This document shows positions 56,101 to 64,000 of a DNA stretch of 64,000 nt, piece by piece. The position numbers and the translations under genes were made by a program. Under the pieces are notes generated by a model. It was not told the DNA's origin. It saw only the letters and a program-made list of their open reading frames with translations, and ran no database searches. The stretch's first letter is position 1. Each line of letters opens with the position of its first letter. Origin of the DNA: the human T2T-CHM13v2.0 reference genome, Homo sapiens; NCBI RefSeq assembly GCF_009914755.1, contig NC_060941.1. One strand, written 5' to 3'.

Positions 56101-59100
56101 TCTGCAAGTGGACGTTTGGAGGGCTTTGTGGTTTGTGGTGGAAAAGGAAATATCTTCACCTAAATACTAGATAGAAGCATTCTCAGAAACTGCTTTGTGA
56201 TGATTGCATTCACCTCACAGAGTTGAACATTCCTATTGATAGAGCAGTTTGGAAACACTCTTGTTGTGGAATGTGCAAGTGGAGATTTGGAGCGCTTTGA
56301 GGCCTATGGTAGTAAAGGGAATAGCTTCATAGAAAAACTAGACAGAAGCATTCTCAGAAAATACTTTGTGATGATTGAGTTTAACTCACAGAGCTGAACA
56401 TTCCTTTGGATGGAGCAGGTTTGAGACACACCTTTTGTAGAATCTACAAGTGGATATTTGGACCTCTCTGAGGATTTCGTTGGAAACGGGATAACTGCAC
56501 CTAACTAAACGGAAGCATTCTCAGAAACTTCTTGGTGATGTTTGCATTCAAATCCCAGAGTTGAACCTTCCTTTGATAGTTCAGGTTTGAAACACTCTTT
56601 TTGTAGGATCTGCAAGTGGATATTTGGACCACTCTGTGGCCTTCGTTCGAAACGGGTATATCTTCGCATAAAATCTAGACAGAAGCCTTCTCAGAAACTT
56701 CTCTGTGATGATTGCATTCAACTCACAGAGTTGAACCCTCCTATGGATAGAGCAGTGTTGAAACTCTCTTTTTGTGGAATCTGCAAGTGGATATGTGGAC
56801 CTCTCCGAAGATGTCTTTGGAAACGGGAATATCTTCACATAAAAACTAAACAGAAGCATTCTCAGAAACTTCTCTGTGATGTTTGTGTTCAACTCCCAGA
56901 GTTTCACATTGCTTTTCATAGAGTAGTTCTGAAACATGCTTTTCGTAGTGTCTACAAGTGGACATTTGGAGCGCTTTCAGGCCTGTGGTGGAAAACGAAT
57001 TATGGTCACATAAAAACTGGAGAGAAGCATTGTCAGAAACTTCTTTGTGATGATTGCATTCAACTCACAGAGTTGAAGGTTCCTTTTCAAAGAGCAGTTT
57101 CCAATCACTCTTTCTGTGGAATCTGCAAGTGGATATTTGGACCTATTTTGAAGATTTCGTTGGAAACGGGAGAATCTTCACAGGAAAGCTAAACAGAAGC
57201 ATTCTCAGAAACTTCTTTGTGATGCTTGCATTCAACTCACAGAGTTGAACTTTCCTTTCGAGAGAGAAGCTTTGAAACACTCTTTTTCCAGAATCTGCAA
57301 GTGGACATTTGGAGGGCTTTGAGGCCTGTGGTGGAAAAGGAATTATCTTCCCGTAAAAGCTAGATAGAAGCATTCTCAGAAACTACTTTGTGATGATTGC
57401 ATTCAAGTCACAGAGTTGAACATTCCCTTTGACAGAGCAGTTTGGAAACTCTCTTTGTGTAGAATCTGCAAGTGGAGATATGGACCGCTTTGAGGCCTAT
57501 GGTAGTAAAGGAAATAGCTTCATATAAAAGCTAGACAGTAGCATTCACAGAAAACTCTTGGTGACGACTGAGTTTAACTCACAGAGCTGAACATTCCTTT
57601 GGATGGAGCAGTTTCGAAACACACTATTTGTAGAATGTGCAAGTGGATATTTAGGCCTCTCTGAGGATTTCGTTGGAAACGGGTTAAACCGCACAGAACT
57701 AAACAGAAGCATTCTCAGAACCTTCTTCGTGATGTTTGCATTCAACTCACAGTGTTGAACCTTTCTTTGATAGTTCAGGTTTGAAACGGTCTTTCTGCAG
57801 AAACTGCAAGTAGATATTTGGACCTCTCTGAGGATTTCGTTGGAAACGGGATAACCCGCACAGAACTAAAACAGAAGCCTTCTCAGAACCCTCTTCGTGA
57901 TGTTTGCATTCAACTCACAGTGCTGAACCTTTCTTTGATAGTTCAGCTTTGAAACACTCTTTTTGTAGAAACTGCAAGTGGATATTTGGTCCTCTCTGAG
58001 CATTTCGTTGGAAACGGGATAAACTGCACAGAACTAAACAGAAGCATTCTCAGAACCTTCTTCGTGATGTCTGCATTCAACTCACAGTGTGGAACCTTTC
58101 TTTGATAGTTCAGGTTTGAAACACTCTTTTTGTAGAAACTGCAAGGGGATAATTGCACTCTTTGAGGAGTACCGTAGTAAAGGAAATAACTTCCTATAAA
58201 AAGAAGACAGAAGCTTTCTCAGAAAATTCTTTGGGATGATTGAGTTGAACTCACAGAGCTGAGCATTCCTTGCGATGTAGCAGTTTAGAAACACACTTTC
58301 TGCAGAATCTGCAAGTGCATATTTGGACCTCTGTGAGGAATTCGTTGGAAACGGGATAATTTCAGCTGACTAAACAGAAGCAGTCTCAGAATCTTCTTTG
58401 TGATGTTTGCATTCAAATCCCCGAGTTGAACTTTCCTTTCAAAGTTCACGTTTGAAACACTCTTTTTGCAGGATCTACAAGTGGATATTTGGACCACTCT
58501 GTGTCCTTCGTTCGAAACGGGTATATCTTCACATGACATCTAGACAGAAGCATCCTCAGAAGCTTCTCTGTGATGACTGCATTCAACTCACGGAGTTGAA
58601 CACTCCTTTTGAGAGCGCAGTTTTGAAACTCTCTTTCTGTGGCATCTGCAAGGGGACATGTAGACCTCTTTGAAGATTTCGTTGGAAACGGAATCATCTT
58701 CACATAAAAACTATACAGATGCATTCTCAGGAACTTTTTGGTGATGTTTGTATTCAACTCCCAGAGTTGAACTTTCCTTTGGAAAGAGCAGCTATGAAAC
58801 ACTGTTTTTCTAGAATCTGCAAGTGGACGTTTGGAGGGCTTTGTGGTTTGTGGTGGAAAAGGAAATATCTTCACCTAAATACTAGATAGAAGCATTCTCA
58901 GAAACTGCTTTGTGATGATTGCATTCACCTCACAGAGTTGAACATTCCTATTGATAGAGCAGTTTGGAAACACTCTTGTTGTGGAATGTGCAAGTGGAGA
59001 TTTGGAGCGCTTTGAGGCCTATGGTAGTAAAGGGAATAGCTTCATAGAAAAACTAGACAGAAGCATTCTCAGAAAATACTTTGTGATGATTGAGTTTAAC

Positions 59101-62100
59101 TCACAGAGCTGAACATTCCTTTGGATGGAGCAGGTTTGAGACACACCTTTTGTAGAATCTACAAGTGGATATTTGGACCTCTCTGAGGATTTCGTTGGAA
59201 ACGGGATAACTGCACCTAACTAAACGGAAGCATTCTCAGAAACTTCTTGGTGATGTTTGCATTCAAATCCCAGAGTTGAACCTTCCTTTGATAGTTCAGG
59301 TTTGAAACACTCTTTTTGTAGGATCTGCAAGTGGATATTTGGACCACTCTGTGGCCTTCGTTCGAAACGGGTATATCTTCGCATAAAATCTAGACAGAAG
59401 CCTTCTCAGAAACTTCTCTGTGATGATTGCATTCAACTCACAGAGTTGAACCCTCCTATGGATAGAGCAGTGTTGAAACTCTCTTTTTGTGGAATCTGCA
59501 AGTGGATACGTGGACCTCTCCGAAGACGTCTTTGGAAACGGGAATATCTTCACATAAAAACTAAACAGAAGCATTCTCAGAAACTTCTCTGTGATGTTTG
59601 TGTTCAACTCCCAGAGTTTCACATTGCTTTTCATAGAGTAGTTCTGAAACATGCTTTTCGTAGTGTCTACAAGTGGACATTTGGAGCGCTTTCAGGCCTG
59701 TGGTGGAAAACGAATTATGGTCACATAAAAACTGGAGAGAAGCATTGTCAGAAACTTCTTTGTGATGATTGCATTCAACTCACAGAGTTGAAGGTTCCTT
59801 TTCAAAGAGCAGTTTCCAATCACTCTTTCTGTGGAATCTGCAAGTGGATATTTGGACCTATTTTGAAGATTTCGTTGGAAACGGGAGAATCTTCACAGGA
59901 AAGCTAAACAGAAGCATTCTCAGAAACTTCTTTGTGATGCTTGCATTCAACTCACAGAGTTGAACTTTCCTTTCGAGAGAGAAGCTTTGAAACACTCTTT
60001 TTCCAGAATCTGCAAGTGGACATTTGGAGGGCTTTGAGGCCTGTGGTGGAAAAGGAATTATCTTCCCGTAAAAGCTAGATAGAAGCATTCTCAGAAACTA
60101 CTTTGTGATGATTGCATTCAAGTCACAGAGTTGAACATTCCCTTTGACAGAGCAGTTTGGAAACTCTCTTTGTGTAGAATCTGCAAGTGGAGATATGGAC
60201 CGCTTTGAGGCCTATGGTAGTAAAGGAAATAGCTTCATATAAAAGCTAGACAGTAGCATTCACAGAAAACTCTTGGTGACGACTGAGTTTAACTCACAGA
60301 GCTGAACATTCCTTTGGATGGAGCAGTTTCGAAACACACTATTTGTAGAATGTGCAAGTGGATATTTAGGCCTCTCTGAGGATTTCGTTGGAAACGGGTT
60401 AAACCGCACAGAACTAAACAGAAGCATTCTCAGAACCTTCTTCGTGATGTTTGCATTCAACTCACAGTGTTGAACCTTTCTTTGATAGTTCAGGTTTGAA
60501 ACGGTCTTTCTGCAGAAACTGCAAGTAGATATTTGGACCTCTCTGAGGATTTCGTTGGAAACGGGATAACCCGCACAGAACTAAAACAGAAGCATTCTCA
60601 GAACCCTCTTCGTGATGTTTGCATTCAACTCACAGTGCTGAACCTTTCTTTGATAGTTCAGCTTTGAAACACTCTTTTTGTAGAAACTGCAAGTGGATAT
60701 TTGGTCCTCTCTGAGCATTTCGTTGGAAACGGGATAAACTGCACAGAACTAAACAGAAGCATTCTCAGAACCTTCTTCGTGATGTCTGCATTCAACTCAC
60801 AGTGTGGAACCTTTCTTTGATAGTTCAGGTTTGAAACACTCTTTTTGTAGAAACTGCAAGGGGATAATTGCACTCTTTGAGGAGTACCGTAGTAAAGGAA
60901 ATAACTTCCTATAAAAAGAAGACAGAAGCTTTCTCAGAAAATTCTTTGGGATGATTGAGTTGAACTCACAGAGCTGAGCATTCCTTGCGATGTAGCAGTT
61001 TAGAAACACACTTTCTGCAGAATCTGCAAGTGCATATTTGGACCTCTGTGAGGAATTCGTTGGAAACGGGATAATTTCAGCTGACTAAACAGAAGCAGTC
61101 TCAGAATCTTCTTTGTGATGTTTGCATTCAAATCCCCGAGTTGAACTTTCCTTTCAAAGTTCACGTTTGAAACACTCTTTTTGCAGGATCTACAAGTGGA
61201 TATTTGGACCACTCTGTGTCCTTCGTTCGAAACGGGTATATCTTCACATGACATCTAGACAGAAGCATCCTCAGAAGCTTCTCTGTGATGACTGCATTCA
61301 ACTCACGGAGTTGAACACTCCTTTTGAGAGCGCAGTTTTGAAACTCTCTTTCTGTGGCATCTGCAAGGGGACATGTAGACCTCTTTGAAGATTTCGTTGG
61401 AAACGGAATCATCTTCACATAAAAACTATACAGATGCATTCTCAGGAACTTTTTGGTGATGTTTGTATTCAACTCCCAGAGTTGAACTTTCCTTTGGAAA
61501 GAGCAGCTATGAAACACTGTTTTTCTAGAATCTGCAAGTGGACGTTTGGAGGGCTTTGTGGTTTGTGGTGGAAAAGGAAATATCTTCACCTAAATACTAG
61601 ATAGAAGCATTCTCAGAAACTGCTTTGTGATGATTGCATTCACCTCACAGAGTTGAACATTCCTATTGATAGAGCAGTTTGGAAACACTCTTGTTGTGGA
61701 ATGTGCAAGTGGAGATTTGGAGCGCTTTGAGGCCTATGGTAGTAAAGGGAATAGCTTCATAGAAAAACTAGACAGAAGCATTCTCAGAAAATACTTTGTG
61801 ATGATTGAGTTTAACTCACAGAGCTGAACATTCCTTTGGATGGAGCAGGTTTGAGACACACTTTTTGTAGAATCTACAAGTGGATATTTGGACCTCTCTG
61901 AGGATTTCGTTGGAAACGGGATAACTGCACCTAACTAAACGGAAGCATTCTCAGAAACTTCTTGGTGATGTTTGCATTCAAATCCCAGAGTTGAACCTTC
62001 CTTTGATAGTTCAGGTTTGAAACACTCTTTTTGTAGGATCTGCAAGTGGATATTTGGACCACTCTGTGGCCTTCGTTCGAAACGGGTATATCTTCGCATA

Positions 62101-64000
62101 AAATCTAGACAGAAGCCTTCTCAGAAACTTCTCTGTGATGATTGCATTCAACTCACAGAGTTGAACCCTCCTATGGATAGAGCAGTGTTGAAACTCTCTT
62201 TTTGTGGAATCTGCAAGTGGATATGTGGACCTCTCCGAAGATGTCTTTGGAAACGGGAATATCTTCACATAAAAACTAAACAGAAGCATTCTCAGAAACT
62301 TCTCTGTGATGTTTGTGTTCAACTCCCAGAGTTTCACATTGCTTTTCATAGAGTAGTTCTGAAACATGCTTTTCGTAGTGTCTACAAGTGGACATTTGGA
62401 GCGCTTTCAGGCCTGTGGTGGAAAACGAATTATGGTCACATAAAAACTGGAGAGAAGCATTGTCAGAAACTTCTTTGTGATGATTGCATTCAACTCACAG
62501 AGTTGAAGGTTCCTTTTCAAAGAGCAGTTTCCAATCACTCTTTCTGTGGAATCTGCAAGTGGATATTTGGACCTATTTTGAAGATTTCGTTGGAAACGGG
62601 AGAATCTTCACAGGAAAGCTAAACAGAAGCATTCTCAGAAACTTCTTTGTGATGCTTGCATTCAACTCACAGAGTTGAACTTTCCTTTCGAGAGAGAAGC
62701 TTTGAAACACTCTTTTTCCAGAATCTGCAAGTGGACATTTGGAGGGCTTTGAGGCCTGTGGTGGAAAAGGAATTATCTTCCCGTAAAAGCTAGATAGAAG
62801 CATTCTCAGAAACTACTTTGTGATGATTGCATTCAAGTCACAGAGTTGAACATTCCCTTTGACAGAGCAGTTTGGAAACTCTCTTTGTGTAGAATCTGCA
62901 AGTGGAGATATGGACCGCTTTGAGGCCTATGGTAGTAAAGGAAATAGCTTCATATAAAAGCTAGACAGTAGCATTCACAGAAAACTCTTGGTGACGACTG
63001 AGTTTAACTCACAGAGCTGAACATTCCTTTGGATGGAGCAGTTTCGAAACACACTATTTGTAGAATGTGCAAGTGGATATTTAGGCCTCTCTGAGGATTT
63101 CGTTGGAAACGGGTTAAACCGCACAGAACTAAACAGAAGCATTCTCAGAACCTTCTTCGTGATGTTTGCATTCAACTCACAGTGTTGAACCTTTCTTTGA
63201 TAGTTCAGGTTTGAAACGGTCTTTCTGCAGAAACTGCAAGTAGATATTTGGACCGCTCTGAGGATTTCGTTGGAAACGGGATAACCCGCACAGAACTAAA
63301 ACAGAAGCATTCTCAGAACCCTCTTCGTGATGTTTGCATTCAACTCACAGTGCTGAACCTTTCTTTGATAGTTCAGCTTTGAAACACTCTTTTTGTAGAA
63401 ACTGCAAGTGGATATTTGGTCCTCTCTGAGGATTTCGTTGGAAACGGGATAAACTGCACAGAACTAAACAGAAGCATTCTCAGAACCTTCTTCGTGATGT
63501 CTGCATTCAACTCACAGTGTGGAACCTTTCTTTGATAGTTCAGGTTTGAAACACTCTTTTTGTAGAAACTGCAAGGGGATAATTGCACTCTTTGAGGAGT
63601 ACCGTAGTAAAGGAAATAACTTCCTATAAAAAGAAGACAGAAGCTTTCTCAGAAAATTCTTTGGGATGATTGAGTTGAACTCACAGAGCTGAGCATTCCT
63701 TGCGATGTAGCAGTTTAGAAACACACTTTCTGCAGAATCTGCAAGTGCATATTTGGACCTCTGTGAGGAATTCGTTGGAAACGGGATAATTTCAGCTGAC
63801 TAAACAGAAGCAGTCTCAGAATCTTCTTTGTGATGTTTGCATTCAAATCCCCGAGTTGAACTTTCCTTTCAAAGTTCACGTTTGAAACACTCTTTTTGCA
63901 GGATCTACAAGTGGATATTTGGACCACTCTGTGTCCTTCGTTCGAAACGGGTATATCTTCACATGACATCTAGACAGAAGCATCCTCAGAAGCTTCTCTG

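Larger units (their letters stand above)
1..64000 (+). repeat. D17Z1: Centromeric alpha-satellite higher-order repeat array, 16-mer/2,715 bp, most likely human chr17 D17Z1 (SF3, S3C17H1L)
   Basis: Seen: ~171-bp monomers with alphoid motifs (AGAAGCATTCTCAGAAACTT, GCATTCAACTCACAGAGTTGAAC, TTCGTTGGAAACGGG). Near-exact 2,715-bp periodicity, with HOR starts in window phase at 1, 2716, 5431, 8145, 10860, 13575, 16290, 19005, 21720, 24435, 27150, 29865, 32580, 35295, 38010, 40725, 43440, 46155, 48870, 51585, 54300, 57015, 59730 and 62445 (partial). Established: D17Z1 is a ~2.7-kb EcoRI 16-mer of the pentameric SF3 family. The alpha-satellite HOR call is certain; the chromosome assignment is by recognition, not database search. 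Confidence 0.95.

Noticed and set aside
40-63969. All other 60-142-aa ORFs on both strands
   Set aside because: They are overlapping translations of alpha-satellite monomers recurring every 2,715 bp, with no gene structure or coding signature.
1-64000. CRISPR-like regular recurrence of TTTCGTTGGAAACGGGA with intervening sequence
   Set aside because: The intervening segments are homologous monomer bodies, not unique spacers. There are no cas genes, and the motif is the CENP-B box.
1-64000. Possible L1/Alu insertion, inversion or unique island hidden in the array
   Set aside because: The ORF track and HOR phase are continuous at 2,715 bp (once 2,714) on the same strand throughout, leaving no room for an insertion or strand switch.
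1-64000. Alternative assignment to other SF3 arrays (DXZ1, D11Z1, D1Z5, D17Z1-B)
   Set aside because: Their HORs are 12-, 5-, 11- and 14-mers respectively. The observed unit is a 16-mer of 2.7 kb with a W1 triplet.

Overview
The whole 64 kb window is one uninterrupted, single-orientation tandem array of primate centromeric alpha satellite. It is organised as a 2,715-bp higher-order repeat (HOR) of 16 monomers of 167-172 bp: 23 full HOR copies plus a 1,556-bp partial copy, with copy 3 being 2,714 bp because of a 1-bp deletion. Unit length, one EcoRI site per unit, the pentameric B-B-B-A-A (SF3, W1-W5) monomer architecture and an internal triplicated monomer identify it as very probably the human chromosome 17 array D17Z1 (S3C17H1L). 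Each HOR carries 8 intact CENP-B boxes, 2 degenerate ones and 6 A-type (pJ-alpha) monomers. I found no genes, RNA genes, transposon insertions, inversions or CRISPR; the ORF track is an artefact of the repeat. I found no new biological system. The second-order structure lies in about 28 variant sites read by eye between HOR copies. They reveal 1-HOR and 2-HOR tandem duplications, a recurring X-Y HOR dimer, allele blocks with sharp edges, long-range allele sharing, and a concentration of variation in the triplicated monomer region.
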